DNA from: Chrysomallon squamiferum
Lineage: Eukaryota > Animalia > Mollusca
Reading direction: 5' to 3'
Length of the DNA: 64,000 nucleotides
NCBI GenBank assembly: GCA_012295275.1
Contig: CM022677.1
Span: 3,968,001 to 4,032,000 of the forward strand
Shown here one piece after another: positions 14,801 through 27,661 of this stretch. The translations under genes were made by a program, and so were the position numbers. The notes under the pieces are model-generated. The model was not told the DNA's origin and did no database searches. It saw nothing but the letters and a program-made list of their open reading frames with translations. How positions within the stretch are numbered: the first letter of the stretch is position 1; each line of letters opens with the position of its first letter.

Positions 14801-15779
14801 ATAACATCAGGAAAAATTAGAATAAATTTTTGGGTAATGCATTCATTTTGAACATTTAAATAAAATTAATTATGAGATAATTATTTTTAATTTTTAACTC
14901 AATTTAAATACTGTTTTTAATATTCAGTAACAAAACAAACACCAATGTGACGCACTTAAAAGTCTGGCTTTTTAACACAGTACACCAACACACACACATC
15001 ACAATGTCAAGAAACTTAGTCATGTTTAGAGTAACATTCTTTCAGTAAAGTTTTGTCAATTTTATCTTCTTCCTGGTATTACAGAACACAATACAACAAA
15101 GCAAACCAGTCATGTTTGGCAAAAGAACAAAACCCCCCAAAAATGAATATAATAAAATTTGATCAGTAAGATTAACCTTTGGCAAATATCTCATTAATTC
15201 TTTGACCATATTCTGTACATTAGATCAAAGTTGACACGGTAGGAATTATGTAAACTGAAATTAGATACAGTGCAAAAACAAAAACAGCAATTCCTTATAA
15301 AGTGTAAAATCACTTTGTGGTGGAAAATAAAGCTTTTGATCAATGAAAAAACAATAATGAAAATTACCTATTTAAAACCTTCAGTAAATGTTGATAGTTT
15401 AATTATGGCACAATAATAACAAAATTACAATTATACATCTGTACAATGATCTTCCATGGATGACAGGATGTATGTATATAATATACACCAGGTTTATCTT
15501 AAACAACTCAAATTTACATAATAAAGCCCATAAAAGTATTCTTTATGGTATCCAAGCAATGGTGACATTGGATTTTAACAATGAAAGTAGCTAAGCTGTG
15601 TAATGATTCTTATTAAGTGACTATTTTTTAAACACATTACAATAAGTAACTAATGATTAATCTCAAAAAGACATTCATTATTGTATTGTATCTAAATAAA
15701 AATGTCTGTTTTGTTGGCACTGAACACTGGTATGGAATGGGTTGTTAAAGACATTTAGATGTTATAAAAGTTAAACATG

Positions 15780-17308
15780 TCACAGCTTTGACTGAACTGG
15801 TTTCTCTACAAACTCTCTCCACCATCTCGGTCTTCTAAACACATCTTTGCCTTGGGTCATGGCATTATACAGGTTTTTATATATCTGAAAAATAACAAAA
15901 AACACCCAACATACTTTATCAATATTTACTTCATTTTTCTTTGAATATTTGAAAAAATGATTAACAATAACAATGAGAGTATGATGGTAAAACTAACAAT
16001 ACTTCTTATCATTAACATCAGAACTGAGAACAAACATTTGCTAGCATTGTTCTTTTGGGTTTTATTTTGTATATTTTTTAAATGTTTTAATTAATACGCT
16101 ATTGAAGGTTTAAAACAACAGCTGACTTTTATGTATATAATAACTCTACTGCATGCATATTTATTTACTTAGGTTTGGGACTTTTCTCTAAAACTCATTT
16201 TTTTATTGGTTTTTTATTTTATTTTTTTAAATTATATTACCAATGTTAAAAATTGATTTTTAAAAGACTTCTTACCTGACCATCAGACATGCCGATGGGA
16301 GAGTTGAGTACGAAGTCAGGAGGAGCTATTACATCAACAAGGGCAACAGCATCATCCTTCAACTCTCTACACATGCACAGAATAGCTTCATGAATAATCC
16401 TTGGAGGATTGCTCCCACTGATGTACCCACCTGATATTAAAATAATTAAACTGTTTTAAATAATATACAGTATTAAATTAAATACTCAATACATAAACAT
16501 GTAATATAATATTACAGTGAATGAATCTTTATGATATCCCATCACAAATAAAACTTAACTTCTGGATATAAAGATAAATACATGCAAATACACACACATA
16601 AATAGGTGTCTCTGCATTTGTAGATCTTGCAAACATTTTGTTCAGTATCCTACTATGAATTACTCTGCTAAGTTTAGGTGCTGTTACAAAATTAAAAAAT
16701 ATCACTGTTAATATTTTTGACAGTATTAAATTTTAGTGATAAAATGGAAACACTAATAAAATTTTAGAACAGAAAACAAATTCCTTTCTATATAAACAGA
16801 AACACATAATTTTATAATTTTGAGAACTGTTAATGGTGGACAATGAATAAATCTGAAAATTATGTGTAATTTTGTCCTGCATTATTAACATTATACAAAT
16901 GATGCTCTGCAGCACTGTAATTAGCCAAATATTTTAAGTGCAATCTCTCTCTGAATCAGAACTGAGACTAGCACACAAAACTGGCTACACAATCAGTACA
17001 GGGACAAATGGCAGCGATAAAATAAAATTCAACCACAGTATTTAGTAGTGTAACTAATATATAGCAAGTATGGCAACTGCCCTTGGTGCCACTAAGCACT
17101 TTATATTAGACTTGACTGGTATTTGTTTAGCTGATTTTCAGGTAGAGTTATCTGAAAGTGTCAGACGACAGTGCTTGCCATAGGTTGTATTCCCTGTAGA
17201 TGTGCCCTGCCAGTGTTTACAAACCTCACCTTGATAGAAAGTGGAGAGATGTTTCTCCATGCTCCAGAGGCAACAATAACAAATATGTAGAAAGACAGAA
17301 AGATAGAC
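15780..17308 (-). CDS. ACOX3: Peroxisomal acyl-CoA oxidase 3, 3'-terminal exons only (17308-17230, 16430-16276, 15884-15780), ending in PTS1 SKL
   Basis: Translation ...LWSMEKHLSTFYQG|GYISGSNPPRIIHEAILCMCRELKDDAVALVDVIAPPDFVLNSPIGMSDGQ|IYKNLYNAMTQGKDVFRRPRWWREFVEKPVQSKL*. The LKDDAVALVDVIAPPDFVL motif is typical of ACOX3. Confidence 0.88.
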
Positions 17309-18079
17309 CTGCAGGAAGAATGAAAAAAAGAGAGAAAAAGAGACTTAGAAACAGATACTGAGTGACCTTAAAAATGACAACAAATAAAAATGTAAAGTAT
17401 CAGTGTAGTGAGAGAGATAGAGAAGGAGAGAGAGAGAGAGAAAGACATAAAGAGAGAGACAGAAAGAGAGAGTCAGAGAGGCAGACTGATAGACAGAAAG
17501 GAGAAATGTGAGACAGGAGTATGAGAGACACTGATAATATAGAGATAAGTTGAAGGATCATGGGACAGAGAGACAAAAAAGAAAACCCAAACAAAAACAA
17601 AATGGCAAAGAAGGAGGGCAACAACACCAGAAAGAAAAAAATGAAAGACAGAGACTGAAAGAAAAGACAGAGAGAGAGAAAAATATACCAACAAACGAAT
17701 ATATAATAAATGAAACTAGACTGTACAAATTTTGTTTATTAACACATAAAAAGACAAAAATATACTTTAATGGCTAATGGAAAAAGAAAGAGATATAAAG
17801 GGTTTCAAGTTCAACCCTCAAAACTGCTAATACTAAGTATTTTCCCATAACAACCAAAGCTTTAATGAATTCTTTATAAAAGGCCTTCATACTTGTCTGT
17901 ATATGCGTAGATATGTATAAAAAATACAATTACTGCTAACCTGTTGTATGATGGGGTTATTCTGTCATTATATATAAGGTTCTTAATCATAGTTAACCAT
18001 AGCTATGATGATATGTATTAAAAAGGTATGAATATTTCTGTAAGTGAAATCTTTTTCTTTTCTTCTATAATTATTTTAC

Positions 18080-18180
18080 CTTTCCGTCCCATCCAGTTGC
18101 ACAAGTACAGTCATAATCATTAAGTTTGTCTGTACAGTTTCCACCATTTTCACAAGGATTTGGTTTGCAGTCATCAATAT
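18080..18180 (-). CDS. Calcium-binding EGF-like exon lacking the sixth Cys (phase 1 to 0)
   Basis: cag|[34 protein letters not shown]|gtaaaa; 101 nt versus 114 nt in the sister exons. Confidence 0.8.
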
Positions 18181-18234
18181 CTGAAACAAAACAGTATACC
18201 TAAAACATGAAACAGAATTTACATCTTAAAATTA

Positions 18235-18236
<2 letters not shown>

Positions 18237-18317
<81 letters not shown>
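18237..18317. repeat. (GA)n microsatellite
   Basis: Perfect dinucleotide run. Confidence 0.95.
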
Positions 18318-18322
<5 letters not shown>

Positions 18323-18750
18323 GTGAAAGAGAATAAAAGAGAAAAATGAAAGAAGAAAAGAAAGATATGAAGTCATGACAAAAAAAGGAGAGAAAGAGAG
18401 AGAGAGATTGAATGAGGGACAAAGAGACAGTGAAAGAGACAGAGGTAGGAAGGAAGAAAGGAAAGAATAAGTAAGGAAAGAAAGGAAGGAGAGACAGAAA
18501 AAGAGTGGAAGAAAGAAGGAAGGAATGGATGTGCGAGAAAAGAAATGAAGGAGATAAAGAGACAATGAGAGAAAACAGAGAAAATGAAAAATGAAGACAG
18601 CAAAAAAAGAAAATAAGCCAACAAATAAAACAAACAAACAAATAAACTAATATACTGAACTGAATATTATGTCTGTGAACACATTTTAGAAGGAATAAAT
18701 GCATTTTAGCACCTATAACAACAACATAAATATAGAAATAATAATTTTAC

Positions 18751-18864
18751 TTATTGTACAGTTTTTTCCTTCCCATCCAGGTATACAAGTACAGTTATAA
18801 TCATTAACTTTGTCTGTACAGTTTCCACCATTCATACAAGGATCTGATTTGCAGTCATCAATAT
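18751..18864 (-). CDS. Calcium-binding EGF-like exon (Notch/fibropellin type), intact, phase 1-1
   Basis: [38 protein letters not shown], 114 nt, AG/GT flanked. Confidence 0.9.
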
Positions 18865-19602
18865 CTGTAACAAAAAGTACATCACAAATATTAGTGTTTA
18901 TTGGTTGTGTCTGAATCAAGAATCACACAACTAAAAAATAATAAAAGAACTAATTTCAATATTAGTCTTTATTGGTTGTTTGAATCAAGTAACAAAAAAA
19001 TAATTAATTTCAAAAATAATCAAGAATTAAATAACTAAAAAATAATAAAAGAACTAATTTCAAATCATTTGCTGTTTTAATCAGTAATTAATTATTTCAA
19101 AATAACCTTAAATAAATAGAGGTGCTCATTTTTAAATGAGTTTTTAGTTAGATAATAATTTTTGAAATAAATTTCAACAGTAATAATTTAACTGATCAAT
19201 GTTTATTTTATTTTTTTTTTTTTTTTTACTCTAAGATCTAGTAACATTCAATAGTTTCTAAAACAAGTATATCTTAACAGAATTATGAATGACTGACATC
19301 TGAGAGAGACATAATGTATGAAAGCCTCAGAGTGAGAGAGAAAAAAAAAAAAGATGGACAGACAAAAATTAAAACAATTAAATACATAAACTAATAATAA
19401 TTTAAACTGTATAATTTAATTATATTAAATTGTTTTTGCTTCTTTTTTGCTTTCTTTCATTGTGGGTTTCTTTGTTTGTTTTATTTATTTAGGTTATGTA
19501 TACAAATATTTACAAGGATAAATTATAAACAGAAGAATTACTTGTTTTATTACCATCGACAGCAACAAAAGCAAAAGCTACGCACATAAATAATGACATT
19601 AT

Positions 19603-19716
19603 CTATAGAGCAGTTTTTTCCTTCCCATCCAGGTGCACAAGTACAGTTATAATCATTAAGTTTGTCTGTACAGTTTCCACCATTCATACAAGGATCTGAT
19701 TTGCAGTCATCAATAT
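19603..19716 (-). CDS. EGF-like exon whose expected donor reads AT instead of GT; reads through to a stop at 19550
   Basis: [38 protein letters not shown] followed by ATAATG at the donor position. Confidence 0.75.
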
Positions 19717-20150
19717 CTGTAACAAAAAGCATACCTAAATCATGAAACAGAAATTACATCTTAAAATTAGCAGAGAAAGAAAGAAGGAAAAGAAAGGGTA
19801 TGAGAATGAGAGTAAAAGTGAGAAACAGTGACAAAAAATGAAAGAAGAAAAGAAAGCGAGAAAGATTTTGAATGTGGAACACAAAGACAGTGAGAGAGAG
19901 AAAGAGAGTGGAAGGAAGGAAGGAAGGAAGGAAGGAAGGAAGGAAGGAAGGAAAGAAAGGAAAGACAGGCAATGACAGAAAACAGAGGTATAACAGAGAA
20001 AAAATGAAAAATTAAGATAGTAAAATTAAAAATAACATTCAAATGAATTAATATAGTGATCTGAATATTATGTCTGTGAACACATTTTAGAAGGAATAAA
20101 TGCATTTTAGCACATATAACAAAACATAAATAAAGAAATAATAATTTTAC

Positions 20151-20263
20151 TTGTTGTACAGTTTTTCCGTCCCATCCAGGTGCACAAGTACAGTTATAAT
20201 CATTAAGTTTGTCTGTACAGTTTCCACCATTTTCACAAGGATTTTGTTTGCAGTCATCAATAT
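20151..20263 (-). CDS. EGF-like exon, 113 nt (1-nt deletion in an A/T homopolymer)
   Basis: [34 protein letters not shown] then a frameshift. The T-run has 5 bases versus 6 in sister exons; the AG and GT sites are intact. Confidence 0.75.
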
Positions 20264-20539
20264 CTGAAACAAAAAGTATATCACAAATATTAGTCTTATA
20301 TGGCTATGTCTGAAACAAGAATTACATAACCAAACAAATATTAAAAAAACTCATTTCACATCATTTGCTATTTTAATTAGTAATTAATTATTTCAAAATA
20401 ACTGTACAGGTACAGTCATTAATATCTAAAAGAAAATATACATCCAAAATATTAAACTTTCTTAACATTTCTCAATTTTGTACACATTTGTACCTAAACA
20501 AGAATTACTCAAATTAATGTAAATATATATCTGCAATTA

Positions 20540-22750
20540 CAGGCATCGAAATAAGGATAGTGTCTGGTAACCCACTTAGAGGTTACCACAAAACAGGACC
20601 TGGTAACCTACAGGTTATCACAAATTTATCTAGTTTATGATTCCCATTATTATTGTTGTGAAATCCCTTACAGATATGCATGGTGAACAGTATTATATAT
20701 TTGTTATTTATCCATATCACTGTTCTTATTGTATTAATACTTTGTGTATAGGTACAGTGCACTGCATGTAAAACAAATCATGGCAATTTGTGTTGTTTTT
20801 ATTGTTTTACTGAACTCATCAAACAATACTGATATGAGAATCTGAATGATGAACTTGTTTCAGTTAGAGTTGTCACTGTCAGTCAGTGTCTGAACTATCA
20901 ACAGTTTCACTTCGAGCATCATCCAAGTCTTCTCAGTCTGATGTTGCAGTAGCAAGAAAGTCCTCTGCACACATTAGTTCATTGCAGGTTATTTTTATCA
21001 CATCTTAAGAGGGCACAGATAAGTATGAGTCTTTTGAGTCTGACAATGAGTCTACAATCAGGTTGTCAATTGTACAAGATGCTGGTCTTTTTCTTTGTTT
21101 TTTATCATCTGTGTACAGGGAAACAGCTTTGTTCATATGAAGGGCCACAGCTTATAAGTGCAGGCAGGTTAACTCTAATCACCAACAACTCATTCAGTGT
21201 AGAATTGGACATGTTCAACCTGGTATTTGTCAACTGCCGATTGAGAGAGCTTATGCCCCTCTCTTACGCCAAGATGATTTCAGTGATAAGAAGAATGTGT
21301 GGATATTCAGAGTGGTGATGACTGAGTATTTGACACCACTTGCCTTGTTTATTTTGGAAGTGGATGAATTTGTTTGCCACAAGTTTCTTTAAACCCTTCC
21401 ATTCAGCAACAGCCATATCTCAGGGCAAAGTTGTGGTAAGCTAGGCTTTCAGCAAAATGTTTAGATAACAGTTTAATTTGTTCCAAGCCATATTTTGGAT
21501 CAGATATATTCCACCGAGTGTGATCTGCTATTTTCATTGCCTTGAAGATAGGGTCATTGAAAGAATCCAGTCGGTTAATCAGCTGTGTTGAAATTGCTGG
21601 GATCAGTTTCATTCTTACATGTTTCACAGTCTCTCATCCCTGGTGAACATGGTTCAGAAAAAGCTTTTCTTTTATTGTAGTAACAACATTTTCAGCTTGT
21701 TGTTTTTGCTTGTTACTCGACTGATTGTCTTGTTTGAATCTTACACTTGCTGTAAGGTTGGTAGCCTCTGCTTCACTGAGAGTAACTGGAAATGGCAGAT
21801 CACTATCATCAGCAGCAAGTGCACTGTACACTGAGTTCATCTACAGCTGATTTTATCATGACCAATATCAGCAAATGCATCTTTGACAGCCAGTTCAATT
21901 CTGTGTGCAGAGCAATGAATTATTAGCAACCATTCCCTGCCTTCAGTTTTCATTACAGTTAGAGTATCATTCAGTTTACCAACATTAACATTTGTTCCAA
22001 CTGCTCAAGCACAAATAAGACATTTTGTGTACTTTTCACCAGTAATGTCATAATCATGAAAGCATCATCTATAACATGCTTGAAACTGTCTGCAGTTACT
22101 CCACCGAAACAGCTCATTTGTTGACATTTAAGTAATAGTTCAACAGGCTGGCCCCTCACTACAATCTTCACATAAATTCATTCTTTTCGTCTCTAGTTTT
22201 GCAAGCTTCTGTGCCATCTTGTTCAACTGACATAAATTTGTCACACTGTATCATCTGTTTGATATCATCTCTCATTGCTTGGGCAATATGGTGAACAAAG
22301 TCACTACATGAGTGGTCGTTGTCCTTCCCACTTATTAACTGCATCCCATTCTTCTTCTGTAAGGCAATCAGGAACTGCTTTCATTTTCTTCGAACCAAAA
22401 GTCATTGGAAAAATCCCATTTTTTTTAAACGTTTCCACGCGAATGGATTCCATTTTAATTAAAGTGATGCCCGGTAACGCTACGTTTTTATTCAATGCTG
22501 TAGCAAACTAAGTGACGTCACTATACATGTGACGTCACAGCGTGGATGCTTCTAAAAAATGGAAGCATTAAAAATTAAATAACGGAATTCCGGAATCAAT
22601 CGCCACGATATTTTTCACCGAAAGTTTCGGAAAGGAAATTAGCCGTTCATTGAAGGATTTTGTCGAGAACGGTGTTCCGTTTTCGACTTATTGATAGGTG
22701 TTAAGCTCCCGGTAACCTGAACAAGCATTCTCGGTTTATTTCGATGCCTG
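20540..22750 (-). mobile_element. Degenerate hAT-superfamily DNA transposon (ZNF862-like transposase) with 15-bp TIRs
   Basis: TIR CAGGCATCGAAATAA at 20540-20554 and its reverse complement at 22736-22750; subterminal GGTAACC words. Minus-strand fragments DGTEACK, VKIVVRGQPVELLL, WLLIIHCSAHRIELAVKDAF (CxxH) and ERGISSLNR, with stops and frameshifts. Confidence 0.85.
22512..22538. promoter_or_regulatory. Two perfect GTGACGTCAC palindromes (CRE/ATF core) upstream of the transposase frame
   Basis: GTGACGTCAC at 22512-22521 and 22529-22538. Confidence 0.4.
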
Positions 22751-22961
22751 CAGTCAAATATAGAATACTCATGTCAAAAATAACAATTAATTAATAATAA
22801 ATAAAATAAAATTGTAAAACACATCATTATAAACTGGATGTGAATTACAAACAGCAACAAAACAAAACATTCATAAAAATAATACTGAATATATGTATGT
22901 CTGTATTTATGTTTGTATGTCTGCAATATTTTTTTTTAATAGGCAATTAGTCAGTTTGTAC

Positions 22962-23069
22962 CTTCTGAACAGTTTTTCCCAGTCCAACCAGCAGTACAGG
23001 TGCAGTTGTACTCAGTGCCATTCGAATTGCATGTTTCAATATTTTGACAATATCCTTCGCTGCAGGGAT
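22962..23069 (-). CDS. EGF-like exon, intact, phase 1-1
   Basis: cag|(D)PCSEGYCQNIETCNSNGTEYNCTCTAGWTGKNCSE|gtacaa; six Cys, 108 nt. Not shown in this frame in the ORF track. Confidence 0.85.
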
Positions 23070-23102
23070 CTGAATTACGAAAAATAATAATAATAATAAT
23101 AA

Positions 23103-23133
<31 letters not shown>

Positions 23134-23806
23134 AAGAAGAAGAAGAATGTATTCATGAATTCATTCATTGCTATGCAATTCACACTCCAGCATTTTTGTT
23201 ACTTTTATTATTTCCACTGTCTGCAGACGACGTTTGACGTAATGATTGAATGAAAAATAAAACTGAAAAGGAGTGAGAAGCTCTCCGAAATTCCTGAAAG
23301 GATACGCTGAATAACTTAATAATTTGTTTATTTTTTATCTGATCTCCTACATCCATACAATATATAATAGATGGATAAATAAATAAATAAAAAATTGGAA
23401 ATGTCTTTCCCACTTCTTCTTTCAGCAGGTGCGCATTGTATACTCTTCCTGTGAATTTATGAATGTTGTGTATTATGAACCGTTTGTTCGCTGCTAGAAA
23501 GTAAAACGTGTTGAATAAACTTTGGATTAAAGACAAGAAAAAGGAAATTGCCTCTGTATAATTGAATCTCTCTCACGCTTTCTTTTGTTGTTTCCTTTTT
23601 TTTTTTTTTTATATATATATATATATATAATTATATTCGACATTAAAATGCGTTATATTCTTTTAATAAAACGAATAGAACTGTTTTTTAAATTTATTTT
23701 CTTTATAGTTTTATAATTTATATACTTACATACAGTGACGGTTTGGGTCTAAAGTTTCTACAAGGAATACTTGTGAAAGAGTCCGCTAGTGCCAAGATAA
23801 AACCAA

Positions 23807-23857
<51 letters not shown>

Positions 23858-24027
23858 TTTTCTTTTTCCGTTTAGTTTACATGTCAGTAACTGAATTTAT
23901 AACTTTGGTTGGTTTAATCATCAATCCGTTTTTTCTGTTTTATTGCGGATATCCCACAAATAATTCATCAGTTTACTACCATCACCACTGCAACAACGCC
24001 ACGCCTAATGTATCATAACTTCAAATT

Positions 24028-24151
24028 TGGGAGGGAGGTTCTTTATTACCAGTAAATTATTTATAATCAGTAGGCGAGGGGAAATTGTTAGATATTAATA
24101 TTGGTGGCATACTGATTATAAATATTTCAGTAACAAATGCATCTCCCTCTC
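24028..24151. repeat. Imperfect inverted repeat (about 47-bp arms), MITE- or hairpin-like
   Basis: Left arm GGGAGGGAGG...TATTTATAATCAGTAGGC pairs with right arm GCATACTGATTATAAATA...CTCCCTCTC. Confidence 0.6.
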
Positions 24152-24876
24152 ACGGCTACAGACATGAATAGGTACGATTAGATAATCTGAATTTTTTTTC
24201 TTTAAATTCTTTTTCTTTGTTTTCTTTTTTCTTTTTTTTTCTCTGCCGTGTAATAATTAAAATGAATAATTTTTATTGTTCAGCTATTTTCATGAATATT
24301 TTATAAATTATAATGCGATGCGCTCAGCTGGAGGAATGTACGACCCTGGTGTTTTATTTCCTAGACAGAATTTAGTTTGGTCTAAACAACGGACTCTATT
24401 GTGAAAGGTTTTTTTTATTAAACCAGGTCGTCGTAGTTACATATTATCTTATATTAAATTATACATCCATTCATTTTACTTGTAATTTAAAGCCAAGCTC
24501 TGTATACTGTATCAGTAACGACTTTTATTTATTGTTGTATATGTTACTAGCAGTGGATCCTTTATCCGATCGTCTCCTCAAACTCTAAAATTCGGAAAAC
24601 TTCCTGCACTTGTGACAATAGCAGTAGAATAAGTAATTATAGCTGTAGTAATAGTGGCTGCAATAGTACTAATAGTGATAGGAGTAATTTTCTTCTTCTT
24701 ACTTCTTTGTAATGTTATTATTATTTATTATTATTATGTTATTGTTGTTGTTGTTGTTACTGAGATTAAAAAACGATTTCATGATAGTATTGGTTGTTGT
24801 AATGATATACTGCTTTTTCTTATTTTTTTACTTTTTATAAGAATTATTATTATTATTGTTGCTGTTGTTGTTGTTG

Positions 24877-24938
<62 letters not shown>

Positions 24939-25360
24939 GCAATTGATTAACGGTTAAAGCCAGAACTGACTTACTATTTACTGCCGTAGTTTTGGTTAAA
25001 CATATTTTCAGTCTCACAACAGAAAAAGCGATGGATCCAATGACGGATATAACTTTCAAAAAGGAAATGACTTCAAATAGAAAAGGAAAATATCAATAAA
25101 TGTCCAAATAACAATAGATTATGCAAATGCCATTTAAACACGCACCAATGAAATGTTAATTCCGAAATTTCTAGCAATGAAAATAGAAAACTGTTTAATG
25201 CGAGTTATTTTTAGCTCGAAAGTCAACAGAAAAAGTCAGTATTGTACTATGTCCCACACACAGGAATGTGCTGAAAGTGTCAATACACAGTTTGTTGATT
25301 TCTGTTCCCATCATTCTTGAAATTATCTGAAAATAATACATCAGTGACCCAAAGCAGCAT

Positions 25361-25503
<143 letters not shown>

Positions 25504-26433
25504 CAGAGAGAGAGAAAGAGATCAAAATGGGAGTGACAATGAGAAGAGACAGACAGCCATAGAAGTATGGTGGCATAGATCATGTGTTATCAAAGATTTA
25601 TTTTATTTCATTATTTTATATATATATAAATAATCAGCAATTACTTAATCAGTTTTTGAATTAAAGGTTCATATACACATCTACTTTGTGCAGAAGTTTA
25701 GGTTGCTTATTAGAAGGACATATAGATATATATATCTGTTCTTATCGACCAGCTATCCTCACAACAAAGTATGACTATCAAATTTTACTGTTACTAAAAA
25801 CGTGAACGTCGCCATCTTAAATGCTGACATTACGACTACCGGCGCCCTGGTTTTGGTGGGTTTTTTGGTTTTGTTTTTTGGTGGTTTTTTTTTTATTAAA
25901 CTTCGTTATTAATCAAGTGTGGACGACAAAAAATCTAAACATAACATGGAAGCATATATTTCGACCATTTGTTCGTATAATCAAAGACATACTTTAATTA
26001 CAGAAAGTGTAGAGAATATAGACGTAGTCAGTCATTCAGGGGCTAAAGCCACTGGAAAGCTGGATTAGGAACTGCACAACCAAGACTGGATGTACTGTCT
26101 TAGTTTATTAGCTGATTAGTTGGAGATATAGATAGGATATAGCAATCTGATATACCCTGAAAGAGCTCTAAAACTTGTACCAGGAAGTGAACCCACAATC
26201 AGTTGGTCCCTCGTGAAGTCGTTGGTGATTAGTTTAGTATTTAGTTTGGGGCGTGGACTGAAAAACGTTGACGTATCTCAAGTGCTATCGAATCTGTATT
26301 GTTTACCTTTTTCAAACGTCAGCACGAAGCTAAGGTAGATAAAAGACAGACTGGCACACAACACTAGGGCTGAATAATCAATGAATCCAGCCGTGATTCC
26401 TTTATTTTAATAAGACAGATATTTTACTGAGAA

Positions 26434-26441
<8 letters not shown>

Positions 26442-26525
<84 letters not shown>
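26442..26525. repeat. (GA)n microsatellite
   Basis: Perfect run. Confidence 0.95.
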
Positions 26526-26531
<6 letters not shown>

Positions 26532-27626
26532 TTTGTAAAATATACCAAAGAAGTAATCTTCATTTTGGTTCTCACAAACTTTAGAAAAGTCATTCTTAAA
26601 AGAAAAAGAGATGTTCTGTACATCATGCATATATATATTTACATATACATACATACATACATATACATATATATGCATGCTTGTCGTTACGCAAAAAATA
26701 AAGCACAATACATTTTTTTTTTATTAACTATTTTTTATGAATTTCAAGATAAGAATAAAAACCTATGTACGAGGAGGTTTTGGAATGGTATGAGTAATCA
26801 CAGGACAACACTGTAACGTTTATATATTTACTAATGGGTTTTTGTTGTTGTTGTTGAGATATAAGCATAGCTGAATTTTTAAGCGTTATCTAAAATTAGT
26901 GTCATTTTACTATTTTTCGACAGCTTATATAGAATAAATATCAAGAGATGCACATTATTTTTATAAACATAATTGTTGTTACTATCGCCTTAATAATCGT
27001 GGTTTTATTATTGTTGTTGTTGTCGTTGTTGTTGCTGCTGCTGCTGCTATTGTTGTTACCGTTATTACTGTATCATTACTATCGTTGCTTTGTTACTGCT
27101 ACTACTGCTACTACTACTGTTATTACTACAACTATTATCATCATCTATGATAATCATTTCTGTTGTCAGTATCATCATCATCATCATCATCATCTTTGTT
27201 ATTGGATATGATGATAATATATTATTGTATAAAACACGTAGAGCATGTTCCATGCACTTGTTAACAGCTGACACGAATTATGTATCAATGCATAACTATA
27301 TATTAATAATTTGATATGCGACCGACCCAAAGTTGCCTAGCAACAGTGCTGGATTAACAGCTGTTACATTTTTTATTTCTCTCATTTAACTTTAGAAATA
27401 TCTATTTTACTTTCATTATTTATTTATTTATCGTTTTAATTTCGATTCAATTCATTTTTATTTATGCCTGTGATTTTTACTTGTTATTTTATATATTTAT
27501 AGCAGACAGAAGATTTGTATTTAAATAAATGAAATAGTTCGTTTTGTAAGTGCCGTTAGTTATAGACAAACAAAAAAGATATAAAAAGTTTCAAATTCTA
27601 ATAATGAATTTTCAAAGATTTTGTTA

Positions 27627-27661
<35 letters not shown>

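Noticed and set aside
17400-18704. Hydrophobic Phe/Leu/Ser ORFs
   Set aside because: Purine-rich low-complexity intron sequence.
23184-25330. Candidate 5' or signal-peptide exons for the EGF gene
   Set aside because: Several weak splice-site pairs, but no convincing signal peptide or unique frame.
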